A stretch of DNA of 64,000 bases from NCBI GenBank assembly GCA_051362555.1, contig CM120641.1, forward strand, positions 11,222,001 to 11,286,000, given 5' to 3'. Numbering within the stretch: position 1 is the stretch's first letter; the number at the start of each line of letters is the position of its first letter. Shown piece by piece: positions 1 through 11,983 of the stretch. The stretch comes from Lingula anatina. Lineage: Eukaryota > Animalia > Brachiopoda. The notes beneath the pieces are model-generated. The model was given only the letters and a program-made list of their open reading frames with translations. It searched no databases and was not told where the DNA came from. Position numbers and translations under genes: made by a program.

Positions 1-1212
1 AAAGATGTTTTACCAGACTGCCCTGATATTGGCTTGTTAATCGGTGGTGATGTACCTGACATCATGGTCCAGACAGACATCAGACGTGGTCCTCCGGGAA
101 CTCCCATAGGTATAAAGACTGGTCTTGGTTGGCCACTTCTTGGAAGATTGGCAGACCCGACTACGAAACAGCACCGTCTTCACGTCCTCCACGCTAGTTT
201 CAAGTCCATTGACAGAGGGGATGCTGATCAACTTGAGAAATTTTTCACGACAGAATCATTTGGTTGCAAGTTTGAAGGCAATGCAGCAACTTCCGTAGAT
301 GACAGACATGCCCAGAGCCAGCTTGACCAGAAAACCAACTATAAATCTGGACGTTACTCGGTTCCAATGCTGTGGAAAAACGAAAATACAGTTTTACCCT
401 CAAACTACGTAATGGCTCTCAAGCGTTACCAGTTCCTGTGCCGCAAGTTGAGAACCAATCCAGAGCGATCCCGCAGCTACTCTGAAATCATCAACACATG
501 GCTGGAGAAAGGTTATGCCAGAAAGATGACGGACAGTGAAGTCCAGACACAGAGCCCCATCACCCGGTATTTGCCGCATCATGACGTTTACACTTCGAAT
601 AAGACCAGAGTCGTTCAAGACTGTGCAGCCAGATATGCAGGGACGTCGCTGAACGACAAGTTACTTACAGGTCCAGACCTCCTCAACAGTTTGACAGAAG
701 TTCTACTGAACTTCCGACGGGGATCCATTGGTTTATCTGCAGACATTGAGTCCATGTTTCACAGAGTGCTGTGTTTGAAAACTGACAGATACTGTTTACG
801 TTTCCTGTGGTCTGATGATCTACGCATTGAACAGCCTGACAAGTATCAGATGTGCGTTCATCCATTTGGTGCCAAGTCGTCTCCCACGTGTGCCAACTAT
901 GCTTTGCGCTGTACAGCAACTGACAACGCCGACAAGTTTTCTTCCCTAGCAGTTGAAACTACACTGCGGAACTTCTACATGGATGATTTATGTACCAGTC
1001 AACCATCTGTGGACCTCGCCATATCCTTATCCCATGAATTGGTGGATCTACTGAGCATTGGTGGATTTCGTTTGACGAAGTGGGTATCCAACTCCAGAGA
1101 TGTATTGTCCTCCCTCCCTGCATCAGAAGTTGCCATCAAGAACTTTGACCTCTCTATGGATGCCATGCCTTCCCAGCGGGTACTCGGTTTCATATGGGAC
1201 ACTAATGATTAA
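1..1212 (+). pseudogene. Truncated BEL/Pao pol polyprotein (end of protease region + reverse transcriptase)
   Basis: Frame open from base 1; motifs GIKTGLGWPLLG, YLPHHDV, RVVQDCAA, SLNDKLLTGPDLLNSL, SADIESMFHRV, HPFGAKSSPTCA, catalytic NFYMDD, GGFRLTKW; stops at RVLGFIWD, where Pao RNase H normally begins. Confidence 0.88.
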
Positions 1213-1271
1213 TTATATATTTAATTTTTGACACTGTCGCTTCCAGTTAATCGTGTTACTGCGAGGGGGTA

Positions 1272-2064
1272 TGTCAGCGACAGTTACTCAACTTCCCTAC
1301 TTAATGAACTCTGCCAATAGTGAACGCATTCAACACCGTACCTGAGCAGTTTTTGCGTCCAGCTGCTATATAAGCTGGACGTTTTCTACAGCGGTATGCA
1401 GTGCGGCATCGACACACTCCGACGACCACAGCTTGTAGCAACGACCGGCGGCTCGACAGCAGCGGTTCTCTCCAGCGCCTCGCACCGGCCTACGACTCCG
1501 CGGTCACCCCGGCGGCTCGACAGCAGCGGTTCTCTCCAGCGCCTCGCACCGGCCTACGACTCCGCGGTCACCCCGGCGGCTCGACAGCAGCGGTTCTCTC
1601 CAGCGCCTCGAACCGGCCTACGACTCCGCGGTCACCCCGGCGGCTCGACAGCAGCGGTTCTCTCCAGCGTCTCGCACCGGCCTACGACTCCGCGGTCACC
1701 CCGGCGGCTCGACAGCAGCGGTTCTCTACAGCACCTCGCACCGGCCCACGATTCTGCGGTCACCCAGGCGGCTCGACAGCGGTCTACTCCTGCTCCAATC
1801 ATCGGCCCAAGACTCGACGGTCACCCCGGCGGCTCGATATCGGTCTACTCGACTCCTGCGCCACTCACTGCCCACGACCCAGCAGTCATCCCGGCGGCTT
1901 ACGACAGTGGTATCTCTCGATAGTAGTCCAACCGACAGCGATCCATTTCGATTTGGTTTAATTTTATTTTCATTCAATTTTTGTAACCATTTATTCGCTA
2001 TTAAATTATTTATTTATTTATTTACTTCGTTCTTGTTGCTTCTATCACCGTCTCGTCCGCAACA
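1272..2064 (+). repeat. 3' LTR of the BEL/Pao element
   Basis: Begins TGTCAGCG right after the PPT, ends CGCAACA (imperfect terminal inverted repeat); TATA-like CTATATAA near 1366 and ATTAAA near 2000. Confidence 0.7.
1446..1905. repeat. GC-rich 64-bp minisatellite (~7 copies) inside the LTR
   Basis: CGGCGGCTCGACAGCAGCGG... recurs at 1446, 1510, 1574, 1638, 1702, then more diverged at ~1766, 1827, 1892. Confidence 0.95.
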
Positions 2065-2400
2065 GATGTAGTAACATAACCTGTGTTATTTATGTTGTCC
2101 CCAACAAGCTTATCTATACTCTTTGATACTTCATATTAACAATAAATAATGTAGATTACCAGCCTACCTAGATAGTTTTTCTCACTTTCATCGCAGTATG
2201 CGGACATTGCCCAGGTATATGTAGCTGTTTTTCGTGTTAACTCTAAATTTGTCTAATTATCTTTTAACACACTATGTTATCAATAGTTTTATTTTCATAT
2301 CTCAAACTTGATTATTGTTATCATTGTTGTCATTACTATTACTTCACTTTGATATCACTTCTAAGAGCTAGGGCAGTTCATCCAATTTCTGATGTATAAT

Positions 2401-2402
2401 TA

Positions 2403-2453
<51 letters not shown>
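2401..2453. repeat. (ATT)n microsatellite
   Basis: Direct reading. Confidence 0.95.
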
Positions 2454-2454
<1 letters not shown>

Positions 2455-2678
2455 GCAATAAATACAAGACTAATGTATTGATATTATTGCCACCATGATT
2501 GGGATCAGTCAGGTGTCATAAGATTTTCTGTGATTTATTATAATGAGATGGACTGTGTACATCCCTTATGTAGAGTCAAGTCCTCCAACTATAAATAGAA
2601 ACACTACTAAAATTTGTTTTGTTGAGCTTTTAGTTCCGGTAAGTGGGATTACATAGTTAAATGCTTAATGCTGTAGCA

Positions 2679-3420
2679 TAGGGGAGACCGGGGCTAGTTG
2701 GACCCCGGGGTAAGTTGGCCCCCCCCCATCAATTTATGAAAAAGTAACTCTGGGGTAAAAAATGATCACATCATTTAGTAAAGTGACCGCATCCAATAGT
2801 GCTAAGTCCAAATGAAAGAATTTAGCATCTTAAAGTAACTTTATTAAAGAGACTTGAAAATCTGTTTTCATAAGCTTTTGATCGAATATAGTATATATAT
2901 AGCACATCAAACTGAAGCTCATTGTTTCAAATTTACAGAAATGTATCATCGCTGTTCATTCTAGCATCATAAATGGCTGCAATCATTTCAAATGAAATAT
3001 GTGCACTCGGGGCAGGGAATTATATCCGATATAATTCCCTGCTCGGGGCAAGTTGTACCCTCATATTGACCACAATCCTTTGTGCACAACAGAGCTACAG
3101 ACCATTGTTGAAACAAAATGGTTTGTCAAATAATTACCAGTTTAAACTGAATTTGTTACTTTCTTTTAAAACGGAAATTTATCATTCGTTTTCATTCATT
3201 AAAACCTGTTTTATACCATTATTAATTTATTCTTAATTAAAACAAAACAAATTTTATTAAAAGATATTATAATAAATTAAAAATGTATATAATATAATAA
3301 TAAATTAAAAATGTATATAATATAATAATAAATTAAAAATGTATAAAAATGTACTTCAAGGCGTTTACATGGGAAACTTACTTCATTTTCGTATAGGGGG
3401 CTAACTGACCGGTATGACGT
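2679..3420. mobile_element. Degenerate non-autonomous Tc1/mariner-pogo-like DNA transposon remnant
   Basis: Starts TAGGGGAGACCGGGGCTAGTTGG with internal repeats of GGGG(C/T)AAGTTG (~2707, ~3045); weak reverse-complement match GGGGCTAACTGACCGGT near 3397-3413; right boundary uncertain. Confidence 0.35.
3268..3345. repeat. 28-bp AT-rich tandem repeat (~3 copies)
   Basis: AATAAATTAAAAATGTATATAATATAAT repeated. Confidence 0.85.
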
Positions 3421-5131
3421 GATTCAAACAGTCCGTGATTAGACCGCCGTGAAATTGATAAATTATTGTCACCATCATCATTTTATGTTACGATTGAAGT
3501 TAAAAAGTGTTGGCAATAACCCACAAAGGTGGCTTCAAACAATCCTATTTTACTAAAACGGACAACTCAGGGCAGCGTCTCTGCTTTTGCGAAGTCCACT
3601 TTAGTTAACGTCGAGGCTCTTTTATTTCGCTAAATCTCAAAAGCATGGTATTACATGATAGTCTAGAATACGACACTGTACTCAAAACCTTTAGCTCAAT
3701 TGTTGATTTAAGGATATGGGGCCTTAGTTCGCAAAAGTGGGGGTATAAGAAACATGTTATACTGTGGAATTAAAATGAGTGGACCTTATGCAAGGTGCAC
3801 TGGAAAACGCATAAAATATGAACCAATTTGGTTACAAGAAAAAGTGTTTCAAAGAACATACTTTTTTATTATTGATGCTGCCATGTAGTGCCTCTGAGCA
3901 AATTTATCATACAACATGTATTTTTTAAAAAGATTTTTTGCTGCCGTTTTTTTAACCGAAGCATATCTTTGCTTATGTAATCTAAACGACAGCAATCTTT
4001 TCCGTTGTCCCTGGGCTAAAACAATTCAGATAAATGCATGTACGAATGTTGTGCATTGTTAGAATTTATACACTCTTATATAAATATATCATGTTTTTAT
4101 TTAAATAAAAGTTCAAAATTCTATATGGAATATTGCACAGCAGTAGATGAATGCCTACGTTCATATTGCTATTTATCATATAAAATAACCCAAGGCGGTT
4201 TCCTAATCCGATTAATTAAAATCTACAAGGGGATTTGGGCACACCCTCATGAAACGTTTATTTGCCATTCGATTTTGGACATTTTTCACAGCCTTTTTAT
4301 ATTTAAAAACGTAGATTAACTGCTACCAATGTACAATTTATTCATCAAACTGACTTGCAAGTTGACAACCATGGGTGATCTTTTGACAGTTGATATGTTA
4401 AGCAAATAATCTTGGCATATTTCTCACAAGCGGTTATCGTCTCCCTTTCCGAATGCTTCTCGTATTTCGGAAAAAACACACACCACCTTTTGTTATATAT
4501 TCATACGCCCCAACATATCCAAATATGCATGATGTTTAGAGGAAGTGGGTGCATTATTGACAAGAAGCGCTCTTATTTTAATCTCATGTTTATGACTCTT
4601 TTTCTCTAAGTCTTTTCGCTTTCATTTAAAGCACTGTATCCAAAAGCGTTTTTACATTAGTTTCTGAATTTTGACTCGAAAATTTTTATATGTTAATGTT
4701 GAATATTCAAATAATGTGATCCTTATCAAGCTAGTTTTAATTTCCTACAAACAATCTGCGCGCTTTAATTTCGCCCTCCCCTGCTTCTCAGTGCAGTTGT
4801 ACGAACAACTAAGGTTTCCGGTGTGAAGGGAAGGGTCGTATGGACACAAAGTCCTGGAAATGCACGTCTTCTGTCCCCCCCCCCCCCCCCCCCCCCCCCC
4901 CCACCACCACCACCACCACCACCATTCCTAAAAACGCAAAATTATAAATAATAATATCTTAATACAGAGAGTGAAATCGCTTTTATGGATTCAAAGACAC
5001 AAATGAGCTACACGCAGCTGCCAACCGGCCGAAAATTACCTATACTTATTTCTACGTGTTTATAATAACTCTACAGACATTAATTATGTAGGATTTGCCT
5101 CTCTATGTATTTGTGAAAGGAAGTTATGTCT

Positions 5132-5245
5132 GACAGAAATATATGTCCTAGGTGTGTTTAAATACAGCTGGGAATCTAGCTCTTGGTGGGATAATACACC
5201 CTAGGGAACGCGTGTCCATATTTTCCCAGGACATGCATTCCTGTC
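5132..5245. mobile_element. Small degenerate inverted-repeat element (MITE-like)
   Basis: GACAGAAATATATGTCCTAG ... CCAGGACATGCATTCCTGTC are imperfect reverse complements. Confidence 0.45.
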
Positions 5246-7933
5246 TCACTGGTTCAAACTAGCTAAATGAACACGGCGTTTTCAGGCCGGGGAAATCACG
5301 ACCAAAACGTTTAGGATAACAGACCACAACAATAAAATGACTTAGTTTCGGTGTTGACTTGCTCACCTGACCAGTTTAATTGAATTGTTTGTTTAACTGA
5401 TTCAATGACAAAAGTCATAACCATCTATAAATTGGATACTTGATTGTTATTTTGATAAGATTGTGCTCCGTTTGGAGTGGGGTTGTTTAGATTTCTGTCA
5501 CTATCGTTCAAATATTTAACAATATTTAGCAAAAAGGTAAAGTTGCACGTGTGCGTAGCCTCGACTCGCGAACCGTATTGTACGGAGTGGATTCACTTCA
5601 ATACCTTGAAAACGTTACTTTACGGGTGTTTGTTTGAAGTAGAAGAAAATTTACATAGCCGCAGTCGTCTTTTAAATAAAGTATTGTTGACAGAAAAACA
5701 TACCAGGAAAACATTACAACCACCAAGCAATGCAAACCATCTCGTTTCTTACAAGTGCTTCAACAACTGAAACGCGAAGACAATTATTATAAAACAGCAA
5801 AATCGCATAGACGATAAACATGAAGCAAACCAATGATGCTCAATCCCGTGAACGACGATGTTTCTACAATCTGCGATATTTGCAACCCTTTCGTGTCCTA
5901 CCAGCCAGTTATTTGAAAAAAAAATACAAAAGAGAAGAGAAATACAAAAGCTGCAAGATATCGTTCACAAGTGAAATCATGGTAGAAACCCGTCAAGTGC
6001 AAGCTTTTCAAGTACGTTTTTTAAAGGAAGAAGGGTGTACACTCTGGCGACCTCTCTTCTACACAAGTATGGCATTCTTTGTTCAATCCGCTACTTTTAC
6101 ATACCTAAGGCCCTCTATCCTCAGGCCCTCTAACTCGTGGTGGGGGTCGGGTTCAACCCTTTAGATTTCAAGTCGACAGTTTTTCGAAGATAACTTAGAA
6201 ATTAAAACTCGGATTCAACACTAAGTCATATAAGCTCAGCAGATGATTAAAAAAAAAAAGGACTGAAAACTTATCTTTTGAAAATATTTTTGAGGGAACA
6301 TTTTATACTTTAAAGAACATTATTATTGCACATTTTCTCTTTACTGTTAATGCCTTTACTTTTCAAATTCAAAGAATCCTTATAACTTTTCATTTTATTT
6401 GTTAAGTCTACAGAACATATTTTATGGATTTTAATCTCTAAATATGTGTATAACTTCATTGTTATTATGATTATTATTATCACGTATTAGAGCCTCTTAG
6501 GTAACTAAAAGAAAGGGACAAAGATTAAGAGTCCAAATCGAATTTTCGCTATTTCCGTGCAAAGTGATATATAGACCTACACATTATTTATTTATGCATA
6601 TATCAATTCCATGTGTACTGGTTAAACCACCGACAGGTTACACTACTATTGATTTGATGTGCATTTTTAATTTTATTATATATTATTATATAGATGAATG
6701 GTAAATTTTGACACCCAAATCATTTTACTTTTGTCATGTTGCTTTGTCTCTTCCCCCACCCCCTCTCTCTCTCGCTCTATCTCTCAAAGTAAATGTATTC
6801 AATTTTATTTACTTACCGTTCTTTCTGTCGCAATGACATTATCTTCTTTTCCTTTCAAATCCAGTTTGTAAAACTGCAACAGTTATCCAATGTACACTAG
6901 CTTTATTCTCACTAAAACAGTGATTTATTTTTTTGTATCAACGTCCCCGAATGATCCGATTCGTCAAGTGAAACAATTTTAATGAATGGTGCAGACTGTC
7001 TGATTTCAGTTAATTTGTCATGAGTCGACTGACTGCCATGTGCTATTAAAGTGTGATTACAGCGGGCTCCAACCGTGAACGACCAGCCTGTGGGACCATA
7101 AGGTAGTGATGATATAACGTATGCAACTGAAGTGAAAGACAAGCAAACATTTCTGACTTCACATTCAGGATTCAGTTCTGTCGGCATCGATGTGGACAAC
7201 GTTTGCCCTGCAGCTGGATTTTTACTTTGACCCTTCGTTCGTTTGCATTACAGCATGATGCGCCCCTCCCATGTATACTTGTAACATTACTGACAGTGCC
7301 CTACCCGTTGAGGTAATAAAAGCTTGCGGGACCATGAAAAAAATCACGAAATCGATCGGACCAGATTGAGGACAGTCACCCGTAGCACCATCATTAACGT
7401 CATTCTGATTTCCAGAATGCAGTCGTTGTGTTGATTGCAGTTTATTAGTACTTTCTCCAACTCAATCGTATTCAAAATTATTTAAAACATCCAAAATTTT
7501 ATGTTTTTATTTTTCTTCTCCACACAGTGCCACACCCAGGTGGGGCACATGCTACCTTTTTCCTAAGTCTGTTCTATAACTTTGCTAATCCCGAAAGAGA
7601 CCAATACTTGTGTACATAAGTCTTAATCAAGTGGTACAGGACACAACGGTTAGTACTGCGACGAAAGTTGCGCGTGAAAGCCTGAAGTGGGTCTTGTATT
7701 GCACCTGAACCATTATATACATATCCTGATATGAATCTCAATTGTAGTTAAGTGAAAGACCCATGTTACGATCTGTTAAACTGACCATGATCTTATGAAG
7801 CTGTTCAGTTCATGTGCAGGACTTGACATTGCTGATGGATAGTTTGCTCACATTTGCTTAATGTGAGGGGAACTACTCCGCTAAAACGAGAAAGCGAGTA
7901 GAATATATTAATAAATCTTTTATTATGGTTATT

Positions 7934-7953
7934 GGGGGGGGGGGGGGGGGGGG

Positions 7954-7989
<36 letters not shown>

Positions 7990-7990
7990 G
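7934..7990. repeat. G-run/(GA)n/G-run simple repeat
   Basis: Direct reading. Confidence 0.9.
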
Positions 7991-10022
7991 ATAATGGGCA
8001 AAGAGCCCAAGCCCATTTCATAGAAATAAACCAACTATGACTATTTATGTGTTAAAACTTTTACGTAATACAGAAAGCATAAAATAAAAAAAAAATGAGC
8101 TGCTAGATATTACTTTTAATTGTAATTGTATTCAAGGTAGGTCTCGTGCAGTTGGGCCAAGTTTTAATGGTCAAGTGATCATAATCAAACGGTGTGTTGT
8201 GACAGTTAAGTATAAGATAGATCTACCCAGGTAAGTCCGACCGGTCAATGTCGGCGCGTGGCCGTGGCAGGGCCACAGAACGACGGTCTTATCCATTTCG
8301 GGGCTAAGAAGGGTTTACCTCTAGCTTTGACAGAGCACGATGTTTTTGTAGTGCCATTATGAATATATAAAGCGGGCAATGCGGACAGAAACATACGATA
8401 TCATTCTAATATTAAACTTGTGTATTCAGTGAAAAACAGGCGCAATCCACACATGGGCGAACATTGTCAACTTAATCATTATGTAACACAACTGAGGTCC
8501 TTTTGCGGCATTTTGCGAGTTCAACTTCACAGTGGCTTCGAGTCAATCGTCTGCAAAAGCAAAACATGAAAAGCCATAACAACACTCGAAGAAAATCAAT
8601 GCAGCATTATCATTTATATGTTGATTTGATTGAAAATAGTTGTAAATAACCAACTTGCGCAACAAAGGCTAATGTAAACAACAAATGACAAATTGGCGAA
8701 AGCTAGGTGAATACAAAAATATAAAAATATTTTTAGAAACAGAGAAATAAAAATAAATAAAAAGAGATGGGGAAACAGATTTACTTTTGCCGATTCCTTT
8801 TCGTTTTACTCATTTTTATGGTTATGAAATGTGGAATATACTGACACTGCATTTACACAAGAATATTTTATGGTTTATAAACAGTCCTTTCTCTTGTTTT
8901 ATAACCTTATTTAATGTCCTAAGCAGGTCTTTAAATTTAAATATGTCTTGCAGATTAATCTAACAGCACAAATGAAAATATTTCCTTGAAGTAGTTTACT
9001 CTTGCTGGCCTGCTGTGTTGTCTTGTGTTGACTTTAAGGGCGGAGGGACCAGAGCACTGTTTCGGAAAACAATACCTCAAACCGCTTTGTTGACGGTAAC
9101 GCTTACGCTGTCAGGTACAGCCTCTATATACAATAATTACTCAGGAGAAAGTACTTTGAGAGCCTTCCGCCGTGGTGTCTTCAGTAGACCCCAGACCATT
9201 GTGTTGTGTGCCCATACTTAAAGAGCTACTTGATCTTACCAACGAAACAAAACTAACCTTCGCGCATAGTAACTGCGGAGTAGTCAACCAAAACGAGAAA
9301 AGGCAAAGTTGGATTACAGGTCTCAGATCAACGGACCTGCGGATAAAATATTACTTAAGTTATATGTAATATGGAATCAGCACTATAATGGGTGGCGACT
9401 TTCGTCTTAACAGCTAAACAAATGAGAGGAGAGTTTATGGCCCTTGTGTTAAAATGAAAATTTAGGATGGACTTGCAGTGACGAAGCATAGGGCCTACTC
9501 ACATATGTAAATTAGCATTTGTTCTGAGGAAAGATAGAAAAGAAAGCAGAAAATGAAATTTTTACAATATAAAATCGTGAAGACGAAAATACCCTCTTGA
9601 GTGCATTTACTGCTTTAAGTTGTATTTGATTTGGCTTAGTAATTAAGTAGGCATTCTGAATTTGTTCTGTGCGTTACTAAAATCACTACCAAATAAAACA
9701 TTACGTTGTTCAGTTATATGTCCCTAAATTGGAAGCAAAGGAGACGAGCCTTCTGGATTCAATGTTTTTATTCTATTTTTAATTTATTGATTTATTTCTA
9801 AATGACTGACCAGTCACTCAGAACGCCATGTCTTCCAGTACATTTCAGAAGGAGGAACTTTATATCAACGCAACGTTTTATTTGACGGCTTTATATAGTT
9901 TTAAAGGTCAGAATTGGGAAAGATTAGTAGCTTTGCATGATATGTACACATGAAAATATTAATTTGAGAAATTTCAAAATTTTTAACGCGTACGCCTAGA
10001 GTATAACTTTACTTTCAGCAGT

Positions 10023-10272
10023 CAGGGGCGGATCCAGGATTATTTGAAGGGGGGTTCCGCGGATGCAAAGCCGACCCTTCCTCTCACCCCTTGGCGTGGG
10101 GTTGGCGTGGGTTGGCTTGGGTTTTCTTGGTACGGTATACGGTTTAGAACTATGATCCAGCTAGTCAAAATTCCAATTTCAAGAGGGGAATATTGGTGTG
10201 ATATATTTTTCAGAAACCAAAGGGGGGGTCAGCTCCCCCCCTCCGACCCCCCCCCCTCTAAATCCGCCACTG
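10023..10272 (+). mobile_element. MITE, CAG(G/T)GGCGGAT-terminal family, copy 1
   Basis: TIRs CAGGGGCGGATCCAG / CTAAATCCGCCACTG; flanked by 5-bp duplication GCAGT; internally homologous to 28556-28816 and 59507-59789. Confidence 0.85.
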
Positions 10273-11977
10273 GCAGTTGAAAAAATATATCAAAATTCGA
10301 AATAACAGACGATGGCTTACACTTGCGAGAGATCGGAGCTTGCTGAAATATGTTTCTTTTAAACGCAATTCTAAAAAAAAAGGAGAAAAAAGGGAGAAGT
10401 AAACGTTAATCATTAAACATATAAGCCTATAAGGATCGAAAACTCAACCAAAATCAGTTTATTTTATGGAAAGCCTATTTGGCAACGATTATTTGTTACT
10501 GAGCTATATATCTAATGCTAATCTCAAAAATGTGTATAACAAATAAACTGCCGATTTGTGACCGTAAGTCCGTGGGTTATGAAAATGTGGGTATTTGTAG
10601 TAAATCTATGAAGTGGTTAAAATATTAATATTTTTCAAAATACGACCTACATTTAGTTCATTATTTACACACCGACACGTGTTAGAAAAGACATAAGAAG
10701 TAGAGAGGATAGTCTGGCTAAAAGACAGGCAGTGCATTTGTCCGACGCCTGAATGTGACCGGTGTAGGCCCCGTCCCGCAACTGTCGCATTTCGAGTAAC
10801 TACTACGTTAGTATTGTGGTTGTTGGGCAATGACCATTGCTTTTCACTATTGTTGCTCAGTGCGTCGTATTTTCGTGCGTTTACTACCCGTGGATCTGAT
10901 TTAAACAAGTATCAGAAGTGCGCAACTAAGTTTTGTGGATAATAAGCAGTATTTGTTTTATATATTTACAACGTTTGCTACAGTGACAATTAGCTTACCG
11001 ATAGTGTCTTCAACTAGCGTCTCCTATGGCGGTTTTTTCGCTGGTAATCTAGGCCCTACCACACCTGACAGGTGAGGAGAAAATGTATAACCACTAAACA
11101 CCTAGGGCCCAAAGTCACAGATCAGGTCGTCAGTAGTAAGCTGTTGGCCTTCCAGAGGAAAAGCATAAAATAAAAGCCCCAGATTGAAGCCATAAACCAG
11201 TATAACCCTGTTGTCTGACACCGCCATGGTGTAACACAGGCGGTTACATCTATTGCTCTCCACCCTTCCTGCTAACTGCCGCGAGAACTATTGACAGGTT
11301 CATTTGGACGGATAAAAAAAACCGCAAATAAAAGATAAAAGGTTTAGTAAATCAGACTGCATAAGCCAGATTATGTTTAACTCCTTTTCAAGAGCACAAT
11401 CAAAACACAGATTGGGATATCTCATGAGAGCATTGTAAGGGTCGATCCACGAAGACCGATGGTGTCTATGGGAATGGGTCTTAGATCGAATTCTGGCGTC
11501 ATTCCACAAAATGTAGATATTTGAGTCATGTTGCTGACACACATTTTTGTGTAATACTTGCACAACCAATATTTATATAACTTTAAAAACACTGTCGACT
11601 TCTTTCCATACTGTTGGGCACTATACCATGAAAAAACGATAATAATTTGAGAGGTCAAAATTATGCAATTACACAAAATGAGTCAAGTCACTGATATATT
11701 TCATTTCGTTTGCGGCACGATCCTCTTGAGAAAACGGGAGTAAAATCGATTTCATGTCCAGTTTTACTAATGAATGAACAACTGTGTAAGGACAGGGGAA
11801 AGGAGAGTGGGACTTTGAAATGTACTCTCATGTAAAACTCATGATACTGAGTTGATGTGTTTTAGTTTCATCCGAAGTATTTGGAGGTTTTTTAACAGTC
11901 TAAATTGACATGTTTAAATATTATTGTAAACATAAATAACTGTCAATAACACAATATACAAAGTAAATATCAGAATG

Positions 11978-11983
11978 TTTATT
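11978..11983 (-). terminator. Candidate AKT poly(A) signal (AATAAA), implying a ~1.8-kb 3' UTR
   Basis: TTTATT on +, followed on the minus strand by a U/GU-rich tract. Confidence 0.55.

Larger units (their letters stand above)
1..2064 (+). mobile_element. BEL/Pao-family LTR retrotransposon, 3' part, internally deleted (RNase H/integrase missing)
   Basis: Pol-like ORF with Pao-type RT motifs, then a purine tract GCGAGGGGGTA (1261-1271) directly followed by a TGT...ACA-bounded LTR-like segment. Confidence 0.88.

Noticed and set aside
1396-1961. 175-aa and 186-aa ORFs as genes
   Set aside because: Produced by a stop-free GC-rich 64-bp minisatellite inside an LTR
11200-11250. Imperfect hairpin TAACCCTGT...ACACC GCCAT GGTGT...ACAGGCGGTTA
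   Set aside because: Short and bulged, single copy, no covariation available; within chance expectation
11422-11676. ORF containing STFCGMTPEF, resembling a kinase activation segment near AKT
   Set aside because: No DFG or APE motif, an inserted residue, and no splice context; most likely coincidence
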